A stretch of 32,000 nt of DNA. Origin: Candidatus Iainarchaeum sp. Its GTDB lineage: Archaea > Iainarchaeota > Iainarchaeia > Iainarchaeales > CSSED10-239. Under the pieces are notes generated by a model. That model ran no database searches, was not told the DNA's origin, and was given only the letters and a program-made list of their open reading frames with translations. The DNA lies in assembly GCA_037441475.1 (NCBI GenBank), contig JBBISB010000001.1, positions 426,418 through 458,417 of the forward strand. The letters are read 5' to 3'. Below are positions 19,516-27,694 of this stretch, piece after piece; within the stretch, counting starts at the first letter, position 1, and every line of letters starts with the position of its first letter. Made by a program: the position numbers and the translations under genes.

Positions 19516-20562
19516 ATGAAAAATATACAAATTACAAGTACAGTAGTTTATTACCTTGCAAGAAAACTTAAAGAAGAATTTAATTTAGGGTACATAAACA
19601 ACGTGCAAACTATTGATAAGAATATCTGGAAAATAAAGATACATTCCAAAAAAACAAAAGAACTAATTGTAACTCCAGATGTTTGTTTTGTTCCAGAACA
19701 CGCCTTCCCTGTTTCTGAAATATTAGGTTTTGAAAAATACCTTAAAAAAACTCTTTATAACCAAAGAGTACATGATGTGTATCAAGATAAAAATAATAAA
19801 GTAATTTGTTTTAAACTTGATAAATATAATTTAATATTTGAATTTTTTTCTAGATCTAATGTTATTTTAACTGATGTTGATTTTAAGATAATTACCTCAA
19901 GACAAAAAGAAGAATGGAAAGATAGAACAATTAAGAAAGGAGAGCAGTATCTTTTTCCATCTGGAGAAGATCTTAAAGAAAAAACAAAAGAAGAAATTAT
20001 TCTTGAGACAAAGGAGATGAGCGAACCTGAAAAAATAAAGTATTTTGCAAAAGTATATAACATCGCTCCTGTTGAAGTAAATGAAATTATTAATAACAAA
20101 AAAGAAATGATTTCAAGCATCCTTGAAAATTATAAATTAACCTCTCCTGGGCTTAAGCTTATTGAGAAAGAAGGAAAAGAAACATACATTATTAAAGAGA
20201 ACGGAGAAGATATTTTTAAAACATTAGAAAAAGATTTTAAAATTAACTTTGAAGAAAAAGAAGAAGTTATTGAAACTAAAAAAAAATCAAAGGTAATGGA
20301 AGTTTTAGAATCGCAAGAAAATAAAAAAAAAAAATTTGAAGAAAGAATTGAAAAACTTGAAAAAGAAGGAGAGTTTATTTATTCAAACTTTACACTAATA
20401 GGCCTTATTAATCAACAAATTGCTAAAGCTGTTGAAAAGAAGGTTTCTGAAAAAGAAATAATTATTAAACTTAACAACTATTTTTTAGAAAAGAAAATTA
20501 AACTAAAGATAAATAATATAAATCAAAAAACAAAAACTTACCAAATAGAAGAAATAAAATAA
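19516..20562 (+). CDS. NFACT family (Tae2/NEMF/RqcH-like) protein lacking the C-terminal NFACT-R domain
   Basis: 348 aa; NFACT-N-like start (TSTVVYYLARKLKEEFNLGYINNVQTID...; EKYLKKTLYNQRV), HhH-like middle, coiled coil ending ...KIKLKINNINQKTKTYQIEEIK*, with no NFACT-R downstream. Confidence 0.7.
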   Translation: MKNIQITSTVVYYLARKLKEEFNLGYINNVQTIDKNIWKIKIHSKKTKELIVTPDVCFVPEHAFPVSEILGFEKYLKKTLYNQRVHDVYQDKNNKVICFKLDKYNLIFEFFSRSNVILTDVDFKIITSRQKEEWKDRTIKKGEQYLFPSGEDLKEKTKEEIILETKEMSEPEKIKYFAKVYNIAPVEVNEIINNKKEMISSILENYKLTSPGLKLIEKEGKETYIIKENGEDIFKTLEKDFKINFEEKEEVIETKKKSKVMEVLESQENKKKKFEERIEKLEKEGEFIYSNFTLIGLINQQIAKAVEKKVSEKEIIIKLNNYFLEKKIKLKINNINQKTKTYQIEEIK

Positions 20563-20610
20563 TTTTTTGTTTATGTCCTAAAAAAATAGAGAAAAAGAAT
20601 AAAGAAAAAT

Positions 20611-20871
20611 TTATTCTTTCTTTACTTGACTTTCATCTATAATAAAAACATCACTTACAGCAAGAACACTTCTATAAGGTATCTCAAGCATGTTTCCTTG
20701 TAAAGTTAGTTTTTGTATGAAAACAGATGATGGATCTACTTCTACTAATATTGATTCTATTTCACCAGAGTGTTCATTAACCATTAAATCAATTAAACGT
20801 CCGATATTATCTCCTCTATTAGTAATTAATTTTTTTGTTGCAAGTTGTCTTGCTATTGCGTATTTGTACAT
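20611..20871 (-). CDS. PRC-barrel domain protein
   Basis: 86 aa; ARQLATKKLITNRGDNIGRLIDLMVNEHSGEIESILVEVD...LEIPYRSVLAVSDVFIIDE. Confidence 0.8.
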   Translation of the reverse strand: MYKYAIARQLATKKLITNRGDNIGRLIDLMVNEHSGEIESILVEVDPSSVFIQKLTLQGNMLEIPYRSVLAVSDVFIIDESQVKKE

Positions 20872-21082
20872 GTCTGATTCCTCACTTTAATTTTAAATAT
20901 AAAAATTGTATTAATATGTTACTAAATATATTTATAAATGCATCGGTTTAATAAAACTAATAAATAATTCAAAGGAGTTGACATTACAAACCGACTTTGA
21001 AAAGAAAAATCCCCAAACTTATTTAAAATAATAGTATAGATATATAGATAAGGTTTAAAAAAACATATAAAATGGAAATAAT

Positions 21083-21307
21083 ATGGAAGAAGGTATTTTT
21101 AATAAAACAACAGCAATAATCATTATTGTAAGCTTAATTGCAGGAATAATCATAGGGTATTTTATGTTCTCTAAGGGCGAGATTAACTTTTCAAAGAAAA
21201 AAGCAACCACTAAGGAGATAGATATTTTAAATAAAGAAATAAACAACTGTATAGATGCACTTAATGCTTGTGAAAAACAAACAGAAAAACCAGTTGCCTT
21301 AGATTAA
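21083..21307 (+). CDS. Small single-TM protein with coiled-coil tail
   Basis: 74 aa; TTAIIIIVSLIAGIIIGYFMFS helix then charged helix with two Cys; 3' end overlaps the convergent DUF373 gene by 9 nt. Confidence 0.55.
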   Translation: MEEGIFNKTTAIIIIVSLIAGIIIGYFMFSKGEINFSKKKATTKEIDILNKEINNCIDALNACEKQTEKPVALD

Positions 21308-22591
21308 TATCATTCCATCTTCTAAAACAAAGTTCTTTTCAGAGATTGTTTTAACAACATCTGTGTTTTTTTCTTTATACCTAATTATGTTTCTTTTCTC
21401 ATCTATGCTTAAAACCTCGCCTATGAAAAGACCATACTTAGAATAGACTGGAAGCCCTATTAAAAGAGTAGTTATTTTTGTATTAACATCAAACATTACA
21501 GTAAACCTATTAACTAAGACCAAAAGAATTGCACCAAAGACAACAACTATTAAAAAGAAATTAACATTTATTTCTTGAATAATAAACTGAAGAGCAAAAT
21601 CTAAGATGATTGTAAATATAAGTATAAAAAATAAAGCAAATATGTTTTTACCAAGATTATACATCTTCTTTAGGTAGAAAAGATCTATGATAGAGCCTAT
21701 GGTTAATAAAACAAAGGCAATTACAAGTTGAAGTAAAACCGCTCTTATTGAAGAAACAATTACAAACAACAAATCAAAATACTGGTTTTGATAGTATATG
21801 GTAATACCCTTTATAATTGCAAAGATAATAAAAAATAAAAAACCAAGATAGAATAAAAGACTTATTCTGTATATTGAAAATTTATTAGAAAGATTTTTCC
21901 AAAAAGAAACCATTTTTTTATCTAAACTAAAACCTTTTATTAAAAAGTACACACCAAGTAAAAACGCAACTAACTGAACAGCATACTCTCTTAAAAAAAC
22001 AAATAACAATAACATTATAGCAGGAACACCATAAACTACTCTTGCAAAGAAAGGATCCTTTAAAGCCCTTTTAATAGTGTAAAAAGTACTTTCTAAACCT
22101 TTTGATTGTCTTACAATAATTGTTTCTTTAGATATTATTGGAACAAAGTTTTGTATTAAAGGAATAACTTGATCATCCTCTGCACCATCACTTACAAAAA
22201 CAGCAGCGGTTGCATGGAAAACAGATAAAACTTGCTTTAACTGTATTGCAATATTTTTATCTGAGAATAATAAATTTTCTTTAGAGTGTCCTGTTAAAGT
22301 AACAATTTCTACTTCTGTATCTTTTTCTAATTTTTTATAGACCTTTATTCCACCAAAAATACAGTTTGCATCAGAGTCTTCTGGATCTGCAATTGCAAAA
22401 TTAGTTGCAACTTTTAAATTGTTTTTAAGACCTATGATTGGACCAGTCACATTTATTTTTTGACCAATATCATTATCCCTATCAACACAGATAACCAATA
22501 TTTTTTCATGATCAGAATTATCTTCACTTATTTTTTCTAAGTTACTTATTGGTTTAAACTCTTCTGATTCTGTTTTTTTTGTTCTTGGCAT
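21299..22591 (-). CDS. DUF373 family membrane protein
   Basis: 430 aa; EKILVICVDRDNDIG, NFAIADPEDSDANCIFGGIKVY, AAVFVSDGAEDDQVIPLIQ, then several TM helices. Confidence 0.85.
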   Translation of the reverse strand: MPRTKKTESEEFKPISNLEKISEDNSDHEKILVICVDRDNDIGQKINVTGPIIGLKNNLKVATNFAIADPEDSDANCIFGGIKVYKKLEKDTEVEIVTLTGHSKENLLFSDKNIAIQLKQVLSVFHATAAVFVSDGAEDDQVIPLIQNFVPIISKETIIVRQSKGLESTFYTIKRALKDPFFARVVYGVPAIMLLLFVFLREYAVQLVAFLLGVYFLIKGFSLDKKMVSFWKNLSNKFSIYRISLLFYLGFLFFIIFAIIKGITIYYQNQYFDLLFVIVSSIRAVLLQLVIAFVLLTIGSIIDLFYLKKMYNLGKNIFALFFILIFTIILDFALQFIIQEINVNFFLIVVVFGAILLVLVNRFTVMFDVNTKITTLLIGLPVYSKYGLFIGEVLSIDEKRNIIRYKEKNTDVVKTISEKNFVLEDGMILI

Positions 22592-22677
22592 AGCTAGTCA
22601 AAAATATATAATATAGAAAAATATATAAAACAATTGTAATTTAAGTTATTTACTAATATACTATAAAAAATGATTAC

Positions 22678-23646
22678 ATGGATGAATCTAAATTTAAAAA
22701 CTTTATATTTACAATTTTAACTTTACTAGTCTTAGCAATAATTGTTGGACTTTTTTATGTAGGCCAAAAGCTTCAAACTAGTCTTTTGTGGGTACTTGCA
22801 ATTTTTGTTTTCATATACTTAATATTTAGATTAAAAATAATACTTACACTTAAAGATTATGAAAGAGCTGTTGTTTATAGGTTTGGAAAAGTTAGAAGAG
22901 TGGGCGGGCCTGGTTGGACCTTTGTTTGGCCTTTAATAGAGAAACCAAATATAGTTACCTTAAGAGTAGAAACTATTGACGTACCACCTCAAAATGTGTT
23001 AACAAAAGATAATATTCAGTTAAGGGTAGACGGAGTATTATTTATTTCAGTTAGAAATGAAAAAGAAAGTATAATTAACTCTGTTGTAAAAGTAGACGAT
23101 TATAGAAAAGCATCTACAATGTATGTTATTGCTATGCTTAGAGATATGATAGGTGAATTTGAAATTACAGAAGTTATTACAAATATTGAAGAAATAAACA
23201 CTAGACTTAAGAAAGCTTTAGAAAATGTATCTAAGGAATGGGGTGTAAAGGTTACCTCTGTTGAACTTACAGATATTAAAATACCAGATGATATCTTAAT
23301 GGCTATGCATGAACAAAAAGCGGCTGTTCAAAAGAAGCTTGCTGTTTATGAGCTTGCTGAGTCTGAGAAGGCAAAGATCTTAGCAGTTAAAGATGCAACA
23401 GATCAATTATCAGATAAAACAGTTATTTATTATTACTTAAAGGCTTTAGAAAAAATGGCAGAAGGTCAATCTTCAAAAATTATCTTTCCAATGGAACTAA
23501 CTTCTCTTTTAGATAAGGTAACAACATCTATCGGAGGGGCAAAGGACCTTAAGAAAGTTGCAAGTAAATTTGATGAGGATGACTTAAAGAGTTATTTGCC
23601 GTTTATTAAAGCTTATTTAAAAGATAATGTAAAAAAGAAAAAATGA
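22678..23646 (+). CDS. SPFH/Band 7 (slipin/stomatin-like) protein
   Basis: 322 aa; YERAVVYRFGKVRRVGGPGWTFVWPLIEKPNIVTLRVETIDVPPQNVLTKDNIQLRVDGVLFISV. Confidence 0.93.
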   Translation: MDESKFKNFIFTILTLLVLAIIVGLFYVGQKLQTSLLWVLAIFVFIYLIFRLKIILTLKDYERAVVYRFGKVRRVGGPGWTFVWPLIEKPNIVTLRVETIDVPPQNVLTKDNIQLRVDGVLFISVRNEKESIINSVVKVDDYRKASTMYVIAMLRDMIGEFEITEVITNIEEINTRLKKALENVSKEWGVKVTSVELTDIKIPDDILMAMHEQKAAVQKKLAVYELAESEKAKILAVKDATDQLSDKTVIYYYLKALEKMAEGQSSKIIFPMELTSLLDKVTTSIGGAKDLKKVASKFDEDDLKSYLPFIKAYLKDNVKKKK

Positions 23647-23657
23647 GATTTTAACAA

Positions 23658-23942
23658 ATGAAAACAACAAACGACAATAAAAGAAAAATTATTTTATACG
23701 GTTTATTTGGTTTGTTAATAGGGGGTGTTCTTGGTATCTTAATTGCAACAAACTTTAATGTGTCAGGAAATGCAACAAAAGTAACTATGGCTCAAACAGA
23801 TCAAGTGTATACTACAAATGCAAGCAATTGTCCTTGTACAGGCCCAAACACAAAATACTGTACAGGTAATGTTCTTTGCTGTTGTGGAGGATACCCTGGT
23901 TGTTGCGCTAGAAATGGCGAAAAAGTAGTTGCTAACAAATAA
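23658..23942 (+). CDS. Small membrane protein with Cys-rich C-terminus
   Basis: 94 aa; TM IILYGLFGLLIGGVLGILIAT; C-terminal CPCTGPNTKYCTGNVLCCCGGYPGCC with 8 Cys; starts 12 nt after the slipin stop. Confidence 0.7.
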   Translation: MKTTNDNKRKIILYGLFGLLIGGVLGILIATNFNVSGNATKVTMAQTDQVYTTNASNCPCTGPNTKYCTGNVLCCCGGYPGCCARNGEKVVANK

Positions 23943-23949
23943 ATTACTT

Positions 23950-24549
23950 TTAAGAAAACCTTTCCAAAAATGACTTTGAAAACTTTTCTAGTCTTTCAAA
24001 GTTAATTTCTATTTTTTTATTTGCTCTATCAACAATGAATCTTAAGTAATCATCAGTCACCAACTGCTTGTTATCTTGCTTTATTGGAAGGGCCATGTAC
24101 TGTGTGCTTGTTACCTCTAAGATATACTTGCCATCGTTAGCTGTTATTATACCTGCTTTCTTAAGCCCAAACTCCTTAGAAAATGAAAGAAGCTCTTTTG
24201 CTTTTTCATAGTTTTTACACCCAAAATGAAAGATAAAAGGTTCCATCTTAAACCAAAGCTCAGACTCATTAAAATCACCAATATCTTTCTTAATCTCTTC
24301 AAAACTAACTTTTCTATGATATTTTTTATGAAAAGAAGAAACCTTCTTGTTTTCATACTCATCTGTAGATAAAAGCATTACTCTTCCTGCACATGAAGAA
24401 GAGGTAAAGACGTCTGGTATCTTTGTAACCTCTAAAAGAAAGGGAATTAATATCTCATCTACCTTATTAGTTTCAATAGCTTCTTTTAAAGTATCTGTAT
24501 GGTGTTTTTTTATCATTTCATATTTTTGGTCAACTGAATTTTGGTGCAT
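23950..24549 (-). CDS. taw3: tRNA wybutosine-synthesis methyltransferase Taw3 (TYW3 family)
   Basis: 199 aa; PDVFTSSSCAGRVMLL and ELWFKMEPFIFHFGCKNYEKAKELL match TYW3/Taw3 signatures. Confidence 0.85.
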   Translation of the reverse strand: MHQNSVDQKYEMIKKHHTDTLKEAIETNKVDEILIPFLLEVTKIPDVFTSSSCAGRVMLLSTDEYENKKVSSFHKKYHRKVSFEEIKKDIGDFNESELWFKMEPFIFHFGCKNYEKAKELLSFSKEFGLKKAGIITANDGKYILEVTSTQYMALPIKQDNKQLVTDDYLRFIVDRANKKIEINFERLEKFSKSFLERFS

Positions 24550-24650
24550 AGTAAATCTTCCTCTTTTTTAAAAATAAATAACATTTTTATATCTGTCTAG
24601 ATATTATATATATAGATAAAATTAAATAAAAAGGTAATGTTGATAGACTT

Positions 24651-25466
24651 ATGATGAAAAAATATTTTTTACTTACAATAATTTTTATTCTGCTTATAAA
24701 CACAAATGTTTATTCCTTAAAATTATTAGAACCAATTACAAAGGATTTAACTTACACAAATAACGCAGATTTAGGATATTTTTCTGCAGATGAGTTTTTC
24801 ATGGTAAGCTTTCTTCTTGAAGGAAATGAAAACTATTCATTAATATCTGTTGACCCTTCACAAGCAAGAGATGTCATCATAGAACAAACAAGAAAAACAC
24901 AAGAAAGTATTTTTGCAATCATTAAGCTTGACGAAAGATTAAGTGGAGAGTATAGTTTAAAGCTTTTATTAATTTCAGAAAAAGACACAAAAGAAGTTAT
25001 ACTTAAAATGTTTATCACAGACGAAGTTATTCATACAACCTTAATAAACTACAACCCATTAGTTAAGTATGAAAAGAAAGAAACAATTAATCTTAATATT
25101 TTAAATAAATCAAATACCACAAAGAAAGTAAGAATAACCTCTGACTTACCAGTAACATGGTTTTCATATAAAAAAGAAAGATCGCCTAAGGAAAAAGAAA
25201 TAATCTTACAACCAAACAGTACAACAGAACAAACTTATGCATATTATCCAAAAGAGATTGGACAAAGAGAAGTAAACCTAGAAATCAAATCAATAATTGA
25301 GACTCAAGGAAACATTAAGGTCCAAGAAAATATTGATTACTATTTAACTATTGAAACAAAAAAAGACTTAGCATCAATACATGGATCTAAAGAACACACT
25401 TATCCTTTGTTTAATGCAAGCCTTATACCTATTTATTTTTTCAACAAAATAATAAAGATAATCTAG
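24651..25466 (+). CDS. Exported beta-rich envelope protein, function unknown
   Basis: 271 aa; signal peptide MMKKYFLLTIIFILLINTNVYS; NxT/S-rich Ig-like segments. Confidence 0.6.
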   Translation: MMKKYFLLTIIFILLINTNVYSLKLLEPITKDLTYTNNADLGYFSADEFFMVSFLLEGNENYSLISVDPSQARDVIIEQTRKTQESIFAIIKLDERLSGEYSLKLLLISEKDTKEVILKMFITDEVIHTTLINYNPLVKYEKKETINLNILNKSNTTKKVRITSDLPVTWFSYKKERSPKEKEIILQPNSTTEQTYAYYPKEIGQREVNLEIKSIIETQGNIKVQENIDYYLTIETKKDLASIHGSKEHTYPLFNASLIPIYFFNKIIKII

Positions 25467-25472
25467 TAATAC

Positions 25473-27002
25473 ATGGAAAAGAAAAAACTTTTAGAATTAA
25501 AAAAATTCTTTAAAGACATAGATGTCAATAACATCAAGTACAGGGAACTGCAAGGCTTAAAAGCAAAGTTTGCTAAAGAATATAATTTACCAAAACTCCC
25601 ATTAACCTCAGATATTCTTAGTGCCTTAAATATAGAAAACCCTACACCTACATTCATAACTAAACCCTCTAGAACGCTCTCAGGGGTAACTATTTTATCT
25701 GTAATGACAAGACCACATGTATGTCCAGGAAACTGTATCTTTTGCCCTAGCTTTAAAGATACTCCTAAAAGCTACACTGGTTTTGAACCTGCAAGTATGA
25801 GAGGGAAGTTAAATAATTTTGATCCTTCAAAACAGATTAAAGATAGATTAAAGCAACTTGAAGCCATGGGCCACCCTACAAACAAGCTTGAAATAATTGT
25901 TATGGGCGGAACCTTTCCTTCAACTGATGTTAAATATCAAAATCAATTTATGGTTAAAACCTTTCAAGCAATCACAAACTCAAAAAGCACAGATATTAAT
26001 AACCTTAAAAAACAACTAATGAAATCAAAGAGAAGAGTTGTTGGAATAACTTTTGAAACTAGACCAGACTATTGTGATGAAAAAATAATTAGAAGACTTC
26101 TTGACTTTGGGGGTACCAGGGTTGAGATTGGGGTTCAAACAATATATGATGAAGTACATATTTTTGTTAAAAGAGGACATGGTATTAAAGAGGTTATTGA
26201 AGCTACTAGAAAATTAAAAGATTCTGGATTTAAGGTACTATATCACATGATGATAGCCTTACCAAAAAGCACTATTAAAAAAGATTTAGAGGCCTTTAAA
26301 GAGATCTTTACAAACCCAGACTATTGTCCAGATATGATAAAGATATACCCTTGTCTTGTTACAGAGAACACAGTTTTAGAAAAAATGTACTATAAGCAAG
26401 AGTACATCCCATACACAGAAAAAGAAATTATAAATTTAATAGCAGATGTTAAAGAAATTGTCCCTAAATGGGTAAGGATAATGAGGGTGCAAAGAGATAT
26501 ACCTGCAACAAAGATACTTGCTGGAATTACAAAAAGCAATCTTAGGGAAATGGTTTTTAAGGAAATGGAAAAAAGAGGCACAAGATGCCAGTGTATAAGA
26601 TGCTCTGAACCTAAGGGAAGACTTGAAAACATTAAAAACTATAAACTTAAAAAAATTAAGTATAAGGCATCTAAAGGAACAGAATACTTCATATATGCTG
26701 AAAAAGACGATTACCTTTTAGGTTTTGTAAGATTAAGAATACCTCACGATCCTTTTGTTAAAGAGATTACTAAGAAAACAGGGATTATTAGAGAACTTCA
26801 TGTGTATGGCCAAGCAACAGAGTTTAAGGAAAAGAACATACAGCATAGAGGAATAGGTAAAAAACTCCTAAAGATGGCAGAAGAGATTGCACTTAAAGAA
26901 AACATGAAGAAGATGGCTGTTATTAGTGGTATTGGGGTTAGAGAGTATTATAAAAAACAAGGGTATAAGCTTGAAGGCGCATACATGGTAAAAGGGATTT
27001 AA
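25473..27002 (+). CDS. elp3: Elp3-like tRNA uridine-34 modification enzyme (radical SAM / GNAT)
   Basis: 509 aa; TRPHVCPGNCIFCPSF, YTGFEPASMRG, EIIVMGGTFPS, GVQTIYDEV, and C-terminal GNAT segment (QHRGIGKKLLKMAEEIA). Confidence 0.95.
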   Translation: MEKKKLLELKKFFKDIDVNNIKYRELQGLKAKFAKEYNLPKLPLTSDILSALNIENPTPTFITKPSRTLSGVTILSVMTRPHVCPGNCIFCPSFKDTPKSYTGFEPASMRGKLNNFDPSKQIKDRLKQLEAMGHPTNKLEIIVMGGTFPSTDVKYQNQFMVKTFQAITNSKSTDINNLKKQLMKSKRRVVGITFETRPDYCDEKIIRRLLDFGGTRVEIGVQTIYDEVHIFVKRGHGIKEVIEATRKLKDSGFKVLYHMMIALPKSTIKKDLEAFKEIFTNPDYCPDMIKIYPCLVTENTVLEKMYYKQEYIPYTEKEIINLIADVKEIVPKWVRIMRVQRDIPATKILAGITKSNLREMVFKEMEKRGTRCQCIRCSEPKGRLENIKNYKLKKIKYKASKGTEYFIYAEKDDYLLGFVRLRIPHDPFVKEITKKTGIIRELHVYGQATEFKEKNIQHRGIGKKLLKMAEEIALKENMKKMAVISGIGVREYYKKQGYKLEGAYMVKGI

Positions 27003-27003
27003 A

Positions 27004-27321
27004 ATGCAAGAAAAAGAAAGACTTATTGAGATGATAGAGAAGGAACCTGAACTTCTTAAAATACTAGAATCCAAGGAACACATAGCAGTTTTAATGGAAA
27101 TAGCTAAAAAACCACCTAAAATCGAAAACCTCAAAGTAAATATATCTTTTAAAAATGTATCTATTCTATATAATATATTTGATACTCTAATCCAGAACAA
27201 ATTAATTAAGAAAATAGAAGTTTCAAAAGAGCAAGTTTATTATCTTACTGAAAAAGGAGAAGAGTTTGTAAACGTATACAAAATATCAAAAGACAGGTTT
27301 GATCTAAACGGTGGTGAATAA
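27004..27321 (+). CDS. Putative winged-helix DNA-binding protein
   Basis: 105 aa; HIAVLMEIAKKP...NVSILYNIFDTLIQNKLIKKIEVSKEQVYYLTEKGEEFV reads as a wHTH; starts 1 nt after elp3. Confidence 0.55.
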   Translation: MQEKERLIEMIEKEPELLKILESKEHIAVLMEIAKKPPKIENLKVNISFKNVSILYNIFDTLIQNKLIKKIEVSKEQVYYLTEKGEEFVNVYKISKDRFDLNGGE

Positions 27322-27672
27322 ATGAAGACATTTTTAGGAATATTAAGTACAGGGAAAGGAACTTGGGGACAAGTAGCACACATTATAGATAACACTGATT
27401 ATGACAAAGTTTATCTAATATCAAATGAATGGGCACAAGATAAGTTTACTTGCTCTAAAAAAGTTAATTGGATAATAATTGATCCAAGAAAAGGTTTTTC
27501 AGAAATTGTTGACGATATTGAAAAACAAATGGCAAAAGATTTAGCAGATATTGAACTTAACTTACACTCTGGAAGTGGAAAAGAACATAGTGCTATATTA
27601 TCTATACTTTTAAAATCAAAAATAAAATTTAAGATAGTAACAATTAATGCAGAAGGTATTGTAAGATACTAG
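27322..27672 (+). CDS. CARF-like Rossmannoid domain protein (tentative)
   Basis: 116 aa; KTFLGILSTGKGTWGQVAHIID...KVYLISNE...ADIELNLHSGSGKEHSAILSILLKSKIKFKIVTINAEGI; strand/helix order and the SGSGKEHSA turn recall CARF domains; starts directly after the wHTH stop. Confidence 0.45.
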   Translation: MKTFLGILSTGKGTWGQVAHIIDNTDYDKVYLISNEWAQDKFTCSKKVNWIIIDPRKGFSEIVDDIEKQMAKDLADIELNLHSGSGKEHSAILSILLKSKIKFKIVTINAEGIVRY

Positions 27673-27694
27673 ATTGTATTGGAGACATAAGTAT

